Shown: positions 17,015 to 26,742 of the stretch, piece after piece | How positions within the stretch are numbered: position 1 is the first letter of the stretch | How the letters are laid out: each line of letters opens with the position of its first letter | Source: Sedimentisphaerales bacterium | Lineage (GTDB): Bacteria > Planctomycetota > Phycisphaerae > Sedimentisphaerales > SM23-30 | Reading direction: 5' to 3' (one strand) | Assembly: GCA_963666285.1 (NCBI GenBank) | Contig: OY762711.1 | DNA: 64,000 nucleotides | Notes under the pieces: generated by a model | The model's database searches: none | What the model saw: the letters and a program-made list of their open reading frames with translations, nothing else | What the model was told of the DNA's origin: nothing | Position numbers and translations under genes: made by a program

Positions 17015-18862
17015 ATGAAAAAATATCCTGTTTGGCTGATAATGACAATCTTGATATTAGTATCTTCTGTAACATTAGCTCAAAAGAATTCTGAAGATAC
17101 CAAGGAATTGTGTCCAAACTTTATTGCCGTCAGCCCGGATGGAGAGCAACTTTATGTTGCTTGCGAAGGAGAAAATGCTATTGCAGTATTGTCAGGAGAT
17201 AATAAAGAGCATATCCGCTTAATTAATCTCCCTGCCAGTCCTAATGGTATTGTAGTTTCAAAGGATGGGAAATATCTTATTGTGGCATGCGGTACAGAGA
17301 GCGGTGTATTATGTATGATAGATAGCCAGAGCGGTGAAATCAAAGTCACTGTTCCTGCCGGTCATACGCCTATGTCACCAGTAATGACTCCGGATGGGAA
17401 CAGTTTATATGTATGCAGCAGGTATACTAATAGCGTTATGAAGTATACTGTTTCGCCGGATTCTCTGGCAAAAAGCGAGAATAATATTCCAGTATTGAGA
17501 GAACCGGTATCGGCAGTTGTAACCCCGGATGGCAAAAATGTGCTGGTTGCCAATAATTTGCCAAAAGGCTCTGCCCTGGATGTTTTGATAGCAGCAGAAG
17601 TTACAATAATTAGCACAGATAACGATTCTGTTGCCGCCAATATTAAGCTGCCGATTGGTACTACCTCGATTATGGATGTTGCGGTATCGCCTGATGGCAA
17701 ATATGCATATGCCAGCCATGTTCTGGCTCGGTTTGCGTTGCCTACTACCCAACTAGATCGAGGTTGGATGAATACGAATGCCTTATCCATTATAGATATT
17801 GCCAATAATGGGTTGTTGAATACTGTATTGCTGGATGAGCCGGATCTTGGGGCCGCCAACCCTTGGGGTGTCAGCGTATCACCGGATGGTAAAATAATTT
17901 GCGTGGTCCATGCCGGTACCCATGAGGTGAATCTGATTGATGCAGCCGGGCTGCATGCAAGGTTAAATGAAGCTGCATCGGGAAAACAGGTAACACCGGT
18001 GACTGCAAGCAGTGAAGATGTGCCAAATGATCTTAGCTTTATGACAGGTATTCGCAAAAGAGTATCATTAAATGGAAATGGTCCGCGAGAAGTCTGCTAT
18101 GCCAAAGACAGGTTTTATGTCGTAGAATATTTTTCCGATACGGTTTCTTCCATTGCCATAGATGGTAAAACATCTCAAATTCGCCTGAATGACAATTTGC
18201 AGTATTCGCAGGTTCGCAAAGGAAAAATGTATTTTCATGATGCCAGGTTCTGTTTTCAGCAGTGGCAAAGTTGTGCCAGCTGCCATCCGGGTAATGCCCG
18301 TGTTGACGGTTTGAATTGGGATCTGTTAAATGACGGGATAGGCAATCCTAAAAATACGAGCAGTCTTTTATATTCTCATCAGACGCCGCCTGCAATGGTT
18401 ACCGGTGTTCGGGCAGATGCTGAGACAGCCGTTCGTGCCGGTATGAAATATATCCAGTTTGTAACACGTTCAGAAGAAGAATTGAAGGCAATTGATGAAT
18501 ATTTACGAGATCTCAAACCAGTTCCAAGTCCGTATTTAGTAGAAGGCACATTAAGTAAATCTGCGGTGCGCGGCAAAGTTGTTTTTGATAAGGCAGGGTG
18601 CGGTCATTGTCATTCAGGGGCACTTGGAACTAATATGAAGCAGTATGATGTCGGGACAGGAACAGGGAAAGACAAAGGCATAAAGTTTGACACCCCGTCT
18701 TTGAATGAGTTGTGGCGAACTGCCCCATATCTTAATAATGGATGTGCGGCAACGGTCAAAGATGTGCTTACCAGGTATAATATTGATGATAAGCATGGCA
18801 GAACATCTCAATTATCACAACAGGAAATAGATGATCTTGCTGAATTTCTCTTGTCTTTTTAA
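17015..18862 (+). CDS. YVTN/YncE beta-propeller fused to a di-haem cytochrome c peroxidase/MauG-like domain
   Basis: Signal peptide. Repeated (S/T)PDG propeller blades. SCASCHP and GCGHCHS haem motifs. DTPSLNELWRTAPYLNNG. ATG 17015 with GGAG RBS. Confidence 0.8.
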   Translation: MKKYPVWLIMTILILVSSVTLAQKNSEDTKELCPNFIAVSPDGEQLYVACEGENAIAVLSGDNKEHIRLINLPASPNGIVVSKDGKYLIVACGTESGVLCMIDSQSGEIKVTVPAGHTPMSPVMTPDGNSLYVCSRYTNSVMKYTVSPDSLAKSENNIPVLREPVSAVVTPDGKNVLVANNLPKGSALDVLIAAEVTIISTDNDSVAANIKLPIGTTSIMDVAVSPDGKYAYASHVLARFALPTTQLDRGWMNTNALSIIDIANNGLLNTVLLDEPDLGAANPWGVSVSPDGKIICVVHAGTHEVNLIDAAGLHARLNEAASGKQVTPVTASSEDVPNDLSFMTGIRKRVSLNGNGPREVCYAKDRFYVVEYFSDTVSSIAIDGKTSQIRLNDNLQYSQVRKGKMYFHDARFCFQQWQSCASCHPGNARVDGLNWDLLNDGIGNPKNTSSLLYSHQTPPAMVTGVRADAETAVRAGMKYIQFVTRSEEELKAIDEYLRDLKPVPSPYLVEGTLSKSAVRGKVVFDKAGCGHCHSGALGTNMKQYDVGTGTGKDKGIKFDTPSLNELWRTAPYLNNGCAATVKDVLTRYNIDDKHGRTSQLSQQEIDDLAEFLLSF

Positions 18863-18979
18863 GAGGATGATGTAGGCGGCAGCTTAGGTAGAGGGTAAAA
18901 TATATTTGCCTGAAATTATTTTTGCCTGTATCTTATATAATGTTAGTGGATTTATCTGGAAAACATTAAGGAGTTACTT

Positions 18980-20008
18980 ATGGTAAAAACAAAAATAATA
19001 GCCACTTTGGGTCCTGCCAGCAGCAGCGAAACAATTTTACGTAAAATGTATAATGCCGGACTTGATATTGTCAGGCTTAACTTTTCTCACGGACTTCATA
19101 GCGAACATATAGAAAAGATAAATACAGTTCGTGGTCTGAATAACAAAATGAGACGTTCCATCAAGGTTTTACAGGATTTGGCGGGATATCGTATACGCGT
19201 AGGGTATCTGCCGGAATCGATAAAATTAAAAAAGAAGAAATGCTATTATTTTACGCAAACGGAGATACAGGGCGAGGCGGATCAGATACCATTTGATTAC
19301 CATGGCGATCTTGGCAGGATTAAGCCCGGTCATCACATTTTTGTAGATGATGGAAAGCTTGTTTTTGAAGTTCTTGAAATTCAGAGTGGTCAGTTGAAAG
19401 TTTTGTGTCGGACAAGCGGAGTCCTTAAACAGCGTAAAGGGATAAATATACCGGAAGCAGAATTGGATTTTGAATCTTTGACAGAAAAAGATAAAGAAGA
19501 TATTGCCGCGTTGGCAGATTTTAAGGTTGATATAGTTGCTCAGTCATTTGTCAGGAATGCTGAAGATATATGTGCTGTTAAAGATCTGGTATTGCCCGGA
19601 AATCCCGAAGCTAAAGTTTATGCAAAAGTAGAAAGTCGCGAAGCGATAGAAAACATTGATGAGATTATTGAAGAAGCAGATGGAATTATGGTGGCACGGG
19701 GAGATATGGGAATTTGTCTGCCGTATTATGAAGTACCGTTCTGGCAAAAGCAGATCATTGCCCGATGTAATCAAAGAAATAAGCCTGTTATTGTGGCTAC
19801 CCAGATGCTGGACAGTATGACTGAAGAGGTTATACCTACAAGGGCTGAGGTAAGTGATGTTGCCAATGCTATTATAGATGGCGCCACCCACCTTATGCTC
19901 TCAGCTGAATCAGCAGTAGGAAAACATCCTGACCGGGTTGTTGATACAATGAATCAGATAATCAAGCGATACGAGCAGTATCTAAGAGAAATTGGCCGGG
20001 GCGAGTAA
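18980..20008 (+). CDS. pyk: Pyruvate kinase (barrel and B domain only, 342 aa)
   Basis: Motifs TKIIATLGPAS, RLNFSHG, DGIMVARGDMG, ATQMLDSM, PTRAEVSDVANA and MLSAESAVGKHP. Confidence 0.93.
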   Translation: MVKTKIIATLGPASSSETILRKMYNAGLDIVRLNFSHGLHSEHIEKINTVRGLNNKMRRSIKVLQDLAGYRIRVGYLPESIKLKKKKCYYFTQTEIQGEADQIPFDYHGDLGRIKPGHHIFVDDGKLVFEVLEIQSGQLKVLCRTSGVLKQRKGINIPEAELDFESLTEKDKEDIAALADFKVDIVAQSFVRNAEDICAVKDLVLPGNPEAKVYAKVESREAIENIDEIIEEADGIMVARGDMGICLPYYEVPFWQKQIIARCNQRNKPVIVATQMLDSMTEEVIPTRAEVSDVANAIIDGATHLMLSAESAVGKHPDRVVDTMNQIIKRYEQYLREIGRGE

Positions 20009-20023
20009 ACGGGCATATAAAAT

Positions 20024-20059
20024 AAAAAAACAGCTCTCAGCAAAGTCGCTAAGAGCTGT
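20024..20059. terminator. Intrinsic terminator between pyk and the GH38 gene (U-tract on minus strand)
   Basis: AAAAAAACAGCTCT.AGC...GCT.AGAGCTGT. Confidence 0.75.
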
Positions 20060-20098
20060 GTGAGTTGTTGTGTAATTTTTGACATTAGCTTGCCAGGG

Positions 20099-23000
20099 CT
20101 ATTTGCCGTAAACTTCAAATTCATATATCCTGACAGCAGTGTTGTCGTCCTGGGCCGGTTTGGTAATATAAAGTCTTAGGTATCTAACTTTGACAGGATC
20201 AACTATATGCCTGGAAACGCTTTTAGAGTTGCCTTTAACATCAACCAGGTTTGACCAGTTATCATTTCCATTTGGGCTGGTCTGTATACAAAAATCGCAG
20301 GTATTCCAATGTAACGGCTCACTGCCATTACCGGCATGACGTATTACAAAAGTGTCAACTGTATATTCCTTTTCCAGGTCTAAGACGAGCCAGTGTGCAT
20401 TATTTGTTTTATCGTTCACACACCATTTACTGTTGTTACCTCTTTCGCCGTCAACGATATTTTCTGGTTCTTCATTGGGATTGAAGCTGTCTGCATGTAC
20501 CGGTTTGTTCCAAGCCAGGTTGTTTCTGGTCTCCGGTTTTGAAGCCAGTTCAGGCAGGTAAGGCAGTTTGTCAATTTTTTCACTGGCAGGTGTAGTGCTG
20601 TTGGCCGGTACATTTGCCAGGGTCATGGCGAATATTACAATATCTTCATTGTCAGGTAATGTAATTGACTTTGCTCCCTTTGGGAGTTCTATTTTGTACT
20701 GGAACAAATAACAGAATTCATATGCCTGGTTGCCTTCAGGGCTGTGGCGGTGTGTGCCTACCCAGGCAACGGTATCATTTTTGATATAAGGAGCATCTTC
20801 TTCACGGCCCCAGTCGGCGATATTTTTATGATAGTCCTGTATTTTAATGGAACAGGTATTGCCGGAGATATTGAACTCACCGTTAATATCACCATTTTTA
20901 GAAGCTGCCAGTATGTAAAGTGATTCATAATCCTGGGAGCCAAGATTGATAGTCTGCCCTGAACAGGAAAGTGCATTCATGTTATTATCCAGACGTGTAC
21001 CGATTTTGTAGTTAATATTGGCAAAATCGAGTGAGTCTGAAATCAATTCAGCAGGGTATGTAAATCCATTTACAAAGTCGCCATTGGCTTTGTCGCTATC
21101 GAAGCTGAAAGCGTCGATATTAAATGGCAGATTTACGCGTGCGGTACTGACAGAATCTGTAATAATCGATGGCTTTTCTAATATTAGAGCAAAAGTTTTT
21201 GGCTGATATTTAGTCATGCTGAACTTGAGTTTACCATTGACGACTGATGCAGGAGCAATATCTCGTTCACATCCGTTAACTTCTCTGGCTGATTTAATGC
21301 CATTTCCTACATTGACTAGTACGTTTGATGCAGTAGAGCCGATTTGTTCCTGGAAGCGAATAACCAGTTCATCAGTACGTTGAGCTTTCTTGACAGCTTT
21401 AACAAAAACGTTTGGATTGTCAACTTGCAGGAATGAATATTGTTTTCCAAGCTTACCACTATGTTTATCTGACTGGTATGTAATAAGAGGCTGGTTCAAG
21501 CGAGCAGCTCGATTAGGTATATCTCCGTCTATCCAGTTGCCGGTATGCGGGGCAATTGCATAAGTTAAGATATGCTGACCGTGATCCAGGGTGGTCTGGT
21601 CGGTATAGCTTTTATCAACCGAGGGTGTATGCAAAAGCGTAAGTCTTAAAATATTGTCAGCCGGTTTGTCCCAGCCATATCGACTATCATTTAAAATAGA
21701 AGTACCAAATGAATTATCATTATTGGTGATATCAGCCCATTGCTGTGCAGGCACCTCGTATATGTTTTCTTTATTATTACCTCGCTCAATTGTGCCCATG
21801 CCAAGATCGTATGCAGCATTGGGGTTCTTGGCTGTTAGAGGAAATGAAGCTTTTAGTAAAGTACCTTTTGCCCGCCAGTCGATTTTACTGGTAACGTTAA
21901 CCTGTCCGCCGGCATTGCCAGAAGCAAGTGAAAAGGTCTGAATGAAAGTAGATTTTTCTTTATCCCCGTAGGTGCGGGTGATTTGTAAACTTACCCGGGC
22001 AGGGCCGTTATCAATGATTTTTACATCGGTTGGTCCAGAAACGTATGCCATTGGCTGCTTCTGTAGATCTTCATAGCGAATTTCCCAGGCCGGCCATTCG
22101 GGTGAATAATTCGGCAGCAGTTCAAGTCTGCTTGGAGCAGCAAGTATTTCTTTTTTGGCTTGTTTGTCCCAGATTGAGGCTATATCGCCATTTTGGTCGA
22201 TTTTAACCAGGAATTGTTTATTTTCCAGAGTTGAAGTAGTAACTTTGAGACCTGTCTTTATCTTACAGGGTGTTTTAGAAGACCTTACATCGAAAACATT
22301 GAAGCCGACAGACGGGGCATCTGCAATAAATGCAATAGAAATTGAATTGTTATTGCGTGATATTATTTGCGAAGGTACTTCTTTTGATCCGTTATATACT
22401 TTGATATATTCTGGTGCTGTGGTTTCGTATGAAATTGTAGCTTCGGTAATATCCTGCCGAGAAATTCCCAGCGGGTTGAATACTATAACGGGCTTTCCTT
22501 TTACAGCGGTGTCAAGAGCCTGGGCTATGCTTCCCACGCCATAATCCAGAATTGATGAAAACTGGTTAAGAGAAAGAATTTCATCGTTCCATGAAATATT
22601 ATATGCTTCAGGAATACTGGTTCCAGTCAGGTCGTCATGAAAACTATGCCAGAGGAAACGGATCCATGCATCATCAAGATTTTTTTGCGGATATTTGGCA
22701 GCCCCAAACCAGTCAGCAATGACGGAAGCTCTTTCGGCAGAGTCGGCAAGCAATTCGTTCTGGCGGTTCCATCGCTTCATAGCGGCCTGTGCGGTATAAC
22801 ACCCGGTGCCATGGATACGCATCAATAGTTCCCCGTCATAAACTGGCAGCTTAGCTTTTTGTTCCGGGGTGATATCATTATAGAGGTCATCTGACCCGGC
22901 GCTGAGTACTTTTACAGGACCGTTACCGGAAATACTTTTTTCCAGCCATTCACAAGATTCGGCAGCAGGGGCACCGCCGGTGTCGCCGGTTCCAAAGTAA

Positions 23001-23752
23001 TGGTAGTCAGCAAACAGTCCATAGTTTTCACCATTCTGGTTTATTCTTTCCAGCCATTTACTGTCATTACTTAGATCTGTTTCTATTTTACCGCCATAAG
23101 AGCCAGGTTTTAGTGCGGCAATAATTGAAGAACCGTCTGGACCTTTCCATACGCCCACACTAAATGGAGCTGGGATAATTCCTCCCCAGGATAGTTTTTG
23201 AGAAGAAAATCCGTTTATGCCGCAATGAGATGCCCATGTAGGCATAGTGTATGAAAAGCCAAAGCAGTCCGGCAGGAATATATCCGTGCTGCGTTTGCCG
23301 AATTCATCTTCAAAATAATTGTTGCCTATTAGTGCCTGACGGATAAGAGATTCCGGAGAAACCACGTTCATATCACCGTTTTCCAGGGTGGTGCCGCCAA
23401 CATTCCATCTTCCATTGGCAATGTATTTTGACATGATATCATAGCGTTCAGGATAGTATTCTTTGATAAGCATATATCTGAACGGACCTTCAAAGCTGAA
23501 ATTATAGTCCGGGTATGATTCAAAATAAGAAAAGTTTGTATCAAGAGTCTTTGTCAAGTATTCGTTGATAGTGGTTTTTACTGTCCATCGCCATTGGGTG
23601 TCAAGGTGGGCAGTAGCAACGGTATAAAGTGTTTTAACTTTTGAAAGATCAGTATGTTCTGCTTTTGAGATGTGAGAAAAGGTGAGTATAATAACAAATA
23701 GTGTAATAATCTTTGCTGCCTGTTTGGATCCAATACTTAATTTATGCTGCAT
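20099..23752 (-). CDS. Secreted GH38 alpha-mannosidase with C-terminal F5/8 type C (CBM32-like) domain
   Basis: Motifs AHLDTQW, PDCFG, GDTGG and FHDDLTGTS. C-terminal NLAWNKPV...VDG...SKW...IYEFEVYG. Confidence 0.92.
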   Translation of the reverse strand: MQHKLSIGSKQAAKIITLFVIILTFSHISKAEHTDLSKVKTLYTVATAHLDTQWRWTVKTTINEYLTKTLDTNFSYFESYPDYNFSFEGPFRYMLIKEYYPERYDIMSKYIANGRWNVGGTTLENGDMNVVSPESLIRQALIGNNYFEDEFGKRSTDIFLPDCFGFSYTMPTWASHCGINGFSSQKLSWGGIIPAPFSVGVWKGPDGSSIIAALKPGSYGGKIETDLSNDSKWLERINQNGENYGLFADYHYFGTGDTGGAPAAESCEWLEKSISGNGPVKVLSAGSDDLYNDITPEQKAKLPVYDGELLMRIHGTGCYTAQAAMKRWNRQNELLADSAERASVIADWFGAAKYPQKNLDDAWIRFLWHSFHDDLTGTSIPEAYNISWNDEILSLNQFSSILDYGVGSIAQALDTAVKGKPVIVFNPLGISRQDITEATISYETTAPEYIKVYNGSKEVPSQIISRNNNSISIAFIADAPSVGFNVFDVRSSKTPCKIKTGLKVTTSTLENKQFLVKIDQNGDIASIWDKQAKKEILAAPSRLELLPNYSPEWPAWEIRYEDLQKQPMAYVSGPTDVKIIDNGPARVSLQITRTYGDKEKSTFIQTFSLASGNAGGQVNVTSKIDWRAKGTLLKASFPLTAKNPNAAYDLGMGTIERGNNKENIYEVPAQQWADITNNDNSFGTSILNDSRYGWDKPADNILRLTLLHTPSVDKSYTDQTTLDHGQHILTYAIAPHTGNWIDGDIPNRAARLNQPLITYQSDKHSGKLGKQYSFLQVDNPNVFVKAVKKAQRTDELVIRFQEQIGSTASNVLVNVGNGIKSAREVNGCERDIAPASVVNGKLKFSMTKYQPKTFALILEKPSIITDSVSTARVNLPFNIDAFSFDSDKANGDFVNGFTYPAELISDSLDFANINYKIGTRLDNNMNALSCSGQTINLGSQDYESLYILAASKNGDINGEFNISGNTCSIKIQDYHKNIADWGREEDAPYIKNDTVAWVGTHRHSPEGNQAYEFCYLFQYKIELPKGAKSITLPDNEDIVIFAMTLANVPANSTTPASEKIDKLPYLPELASKPETRNNLAWNKPVHADSFNPNEEPENIVDGERGNNSKWCVNDKTNNAHWLVLDLEKEYTVDTFVIRHAGNGSEPLHWNTCDFCIQTSPNGNDNWSNLVDVKGNSKSVSRHIVDPVKVRYLRLYITKPAQDDNTAVRIYEFEVYGK

Positions 23753-24073
23753 AATTGTGCCTTTAAATACTTGTAAATAATGATTTAGTGTTATCTTGTC
23801 TAAATTGTATTAGTAAATAGTCATATTTTCCTTTTTCTAAATCTAAGAAGAATTATAAGTGGTGAAAAATAAGGCTTGATAAAAATTTTTAAGACTAAAA
23901 TAATATCAAATTTGGAAGATAATATCAAGAAATATCCACACCTGAGGTGTTATGAGTAAATTTATAGATTCTTTTCAGTTTTGCTGCAAATTTGATTCAC
24001 ATTAGAAAAATAGGTAAAGTTTATTAGCAGCAAATTTGCCATTAAATAATGTAAGCCTATCTACTAGAATATC

Positions 24074-24102
24074 TTGCAATAATTTCAAAGCTGCATTATA
24101 CT
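24074..24102 (+). promoter_or_regulatory. Sigma70 promoter of the miaA operon (very short leader)
   Basis: TTGCAA-N17-TATACT, with the ATG 10 nt downstream and no SD sequence. Confidence 0.6.
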
Positions 24103-24112
24103 TGCCAGACAT

Positions 24113-25035
24113 ATGAGCGAACAAATGTATTTAATTATGGGCTGTACTGCCGGCGGAAAGAGCCGTCTAGCTTTTGAATTAGCCAGGAAAATTGGCGGCG
24201 AAATCATAAGTATCGATTCTATGAAGGTTTACCGAAGAATGGATATCGGCACAGCAAAGCCCTCAAAAGACAATCTTGATGCTGTTGTCCATCATATGAT
24301 TGATGTAGTTGAGCCTTGGGATTATTTTGTATCGGCGTGTATATGGAAATGGTAGAACCAGTTATTGAACGCCTGCGTAGAGAAGGAAAGCCAGTCATAG
24401 CTGCCGGAGGCACAGCGATGTATATTCGCGGTTTGATGGAAGGGATATTTGACGGGCCGCCAACAAATCCGGAAATTCGTACAAAATTGGAGGAAGAAGC
24501 AGACCAAAATGGCACAGCTTTTTTGCATGAAAAACTTAAAAATGCTGATCCGGAAGCAGCAGAACGGATACATTCAAATGACCTCAAGCGATTGGTAAGG
24601 GCTTTGGAGGTGTTTGAACTGACCGGTAAGCCGATTTCTTCATTTCAGAATCAGTTCCGAAGTGGCAATTTGAAATATCCATGGAAGATGATAGGGCTTG
24701 CCAGGGAAAAAGAAGCAGGCAACAGGCGTATTAATGCCAGGGTTAAGAAAATGGTTAATGATGGTTTAGTAGATGAGGTTCGAGCTTTGGTTGATGACCC
24801 GCGTGGATTAAGTGACCAGGCTTCGCAGGCAGTTGGTTATGCAGAAATAATAAAATATTTTAATGGTGACTGGCCGCTTGATCATGCTATAGAGCGGATA
24901 AAGATAAATACCAGAAGGTTTGCCAAGCATCAACGCACCTGGTACAGGGGATTTCAAGGAGTCAACTGGATACATCTTACCAAGGATGATACAGCCAAAG
25001 GTGTTGCAGAAAAGGTCTTAAAAGAGTTTGGATAA
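24113..25035 (+). pseudogene. miaA: tRNA dimethylallyltransferase split by a single frameshift near 24325-24328 (possible sequencing error)
   Basis: The N-half (GCTAGGKS, DSMKVYRRMDIGTAKP) is in one frame and the C-half (GGTAMY, RLVRALEV, AVGYAE, TRRFAKHQRTW) in another. The junction is at GATTATTTTGTATC. Confidence 0.9.
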
Positions 25036-25039
25036 TATT

Positions 25040-26680
25040 ATGTCTGGCCAGGTAAAAAAAGCAATATGGATATATGCTGATCTTGAGGTAAGTCCTATAG
25101 GAACTCGCAGTCGCTTGTCGGATGAGCTGGCCGGGAAACCGGTATTGAAGCGTACTATAGATCAGTTATGTAAGACAACTGAATTTGATGTTATTACTGT
25201 ATTCTGTCAGAACGCATCTAAAGATGAAGTAATTACTTTAATTAATACAACAGATGAAAAGGTGGAAGTAGTCGGCATTAACTCGCCGGTGAAAAGCAAA
25301 TACATCAAATATCGTAAATGGTCAATTGAATGTTGGCGTGGCGGAGTCGGTGAATATACACAATTTGATGAAGATGCCGTTTCTCCTGAGATGGTTAACT
25401 ATGGCATAGACAGTAAGCATAATGTTGTCATGATTTGTCCCGCGGCTTCGGTTTTAATTGATCCGGAACTGCTGGACGGCATGGCAAGGCATTATGATGA
25501 GCATCGGGACGAAATGAGGTTTATATTCTCACAGTCTCCGCCGGGTTTATGCGGTTGTATGTATAGGCTTGATTTACTGCACAATATAGTACAAAGTGGG
25601 CTAAGTATTGGTAATGTTATTGCCTATGACCCGGAGTCTCCTCATTCAGACCATATAGCACATGAATGCACCTACAAAGTAGGGGAAAACATATATTCAT
25701 GTTTTTCCAGGTTTATCGCTGATAATTGGCGAAGTACTGTACTGCTTAATGAAATTCTTGATACATATGAAAATGTGCCTGGAGCGGTAGAGCTGGTGTC
25801 GTTTGCCAATAAGAAAACCCAATCAGGTGTGTACGAGTTTCCTCGTGAAATTGAAGTAGAGATTACCAGTAATCCATCGCTAAGATATTCAGGTTATCCG
25901 CATACAGTTAAAGATAGAAGCAGCTGGAAATGTTCCAGGTCGGATATGCAGTTTGATATATTTAAAAGTATAGTCGATCAATGCCGGGACTATGATGATT
26001 TGTGCCTGACAATAGGAGGTTTTGGTGAGCCATTGCTGCATTCGCAGTTAGTTGAGTTTTCATCTTATGCCAAACAGTCAGGTATCTTTGGTGTTAATAT
26101 AGAGACCGACGGTATGAATTTGACACCTGAATTATGCGGTCAGTTAATAGCAGCCGGTGTTGATATTATTACGATCCATATTGATGCCTGGGAGGAAGCA
26201 ACCTGGTCCAATGCTAAAAATCAGCATGGAGGTTTTGGCCAGGTAATCTCGCATGCCAAAAGTGCTGTAGAGATGGCCAAAGGTTCTGATACAATAATTG
26301 TATGCTCAATGGTAAAGACTCGAGAAACACTTGCAGATATGGAGCCTTTTTATAATGAGTGGCGAAAACTTAAGGGTGTTTCAATCATCAAAGGCTTTAA
26401 TGACTATTGTGGTTTTATTGAAGATGAAAATGTTATGAATATGTGCCCTCCAGCCAGATTTCCATGCAATTCATTGCTGAGGCAGTTGATGATATTGGCT
26501 GATGGTACGATTTCGGCCTGTCCACAGGATTTCGAAGGAATAAATGTTTGCGGCAATGTATCTGAAGACAGTCTAAAATCTGTATGGGTGGGTGGGAAGT
26601 GTGCAGCAATGCGGCAAAATCATTTTGGAGGAATTTTCACTGACGAATTATGTAAAAATTGCAAAGAATGGTTCAGATAG
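25040..26680 (+). CDS. Cytidylyltransferase-like + degenerate radical SAM + SPASM protein (spiro-SPASM-like)
   Basis: N-terminal SRL...LAGKPVLKRTI and LIDPELLD. EVEITS lacks CxxxCxxC. GFGEPLLH. SPASM cysteines PC...DG...AC.QD...CKNC.EW. Confidence 0.75.
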   Translation: MSGQVKKAIWIYADLEVSPIGTRSRLSDELAGKPVLKRTIDQLCKTTEFDVITVFCQNASKDEVITLINTTDEKVEVVGINSPVKSKYIKYRKWSIECWRGGVGEYTQFDEDAVSPEMVNYGIDSKHNVVMICPAASVLIDPELLDGMARHYDEHRDEMRFIFSQSPPGLCGCMYRLDLLHNIVQSGLSIGNVIAYDPESPHSDHIAHECTYKVGENIYSCFSRFIADNWRSTVLLNEILDTYENVPGAVELVSFANKKTQSGVYEFPREIEVEITSNPSLRYSGYPHTVKDRSSWKCSRSDMQFDIFKSIVDQCRDYDDLCLTIGGFGEPLLHSQLVEFSSYAKQSGIFGVNIETDGMNLTPELCGQLIAAGVDIITIHIDAWEEATWSNAKNQHGGFGQVISHAKSAVEMAKGSDTIIVCSMVKTRETLADMEPFYNEWRKLKGVSIIKGFNDYCGFIEDENVMNMCPPARFPCNSLLRQLMILADGTISACPQDFEGINVCGNVSEDSLKSVWVGGKCAAMRQNHFGGIFTDELCKNCKEWFR

Positions 26681-26742
26681 TAATGTACTTTGCCGATAAT
26701 TGTAAATATATGTAAAAGAACTGCTATTTTGGAGATAAAAAA

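Noticed and set aside
17362..18057. 231-aa antisense ORF and other long antisense ORFs over real genes
   Set aside because: They fully overlap well-supported genes on the opposite strand and show no motifs.
14444..18862. Calling the organism anammox or the genes true hzsABC
   Set aside because: The similarity is architectural only. The surrounding genes indicate sugar catabolism and no other anammox markers are in the window.
23900..23928. ATAATATCAA direct repeat upstream of the GH38 gene
   Set aside because: It is short and AT-rich in an AT-rich spacer and not seen at another promoter, so chance cannot be excluded.
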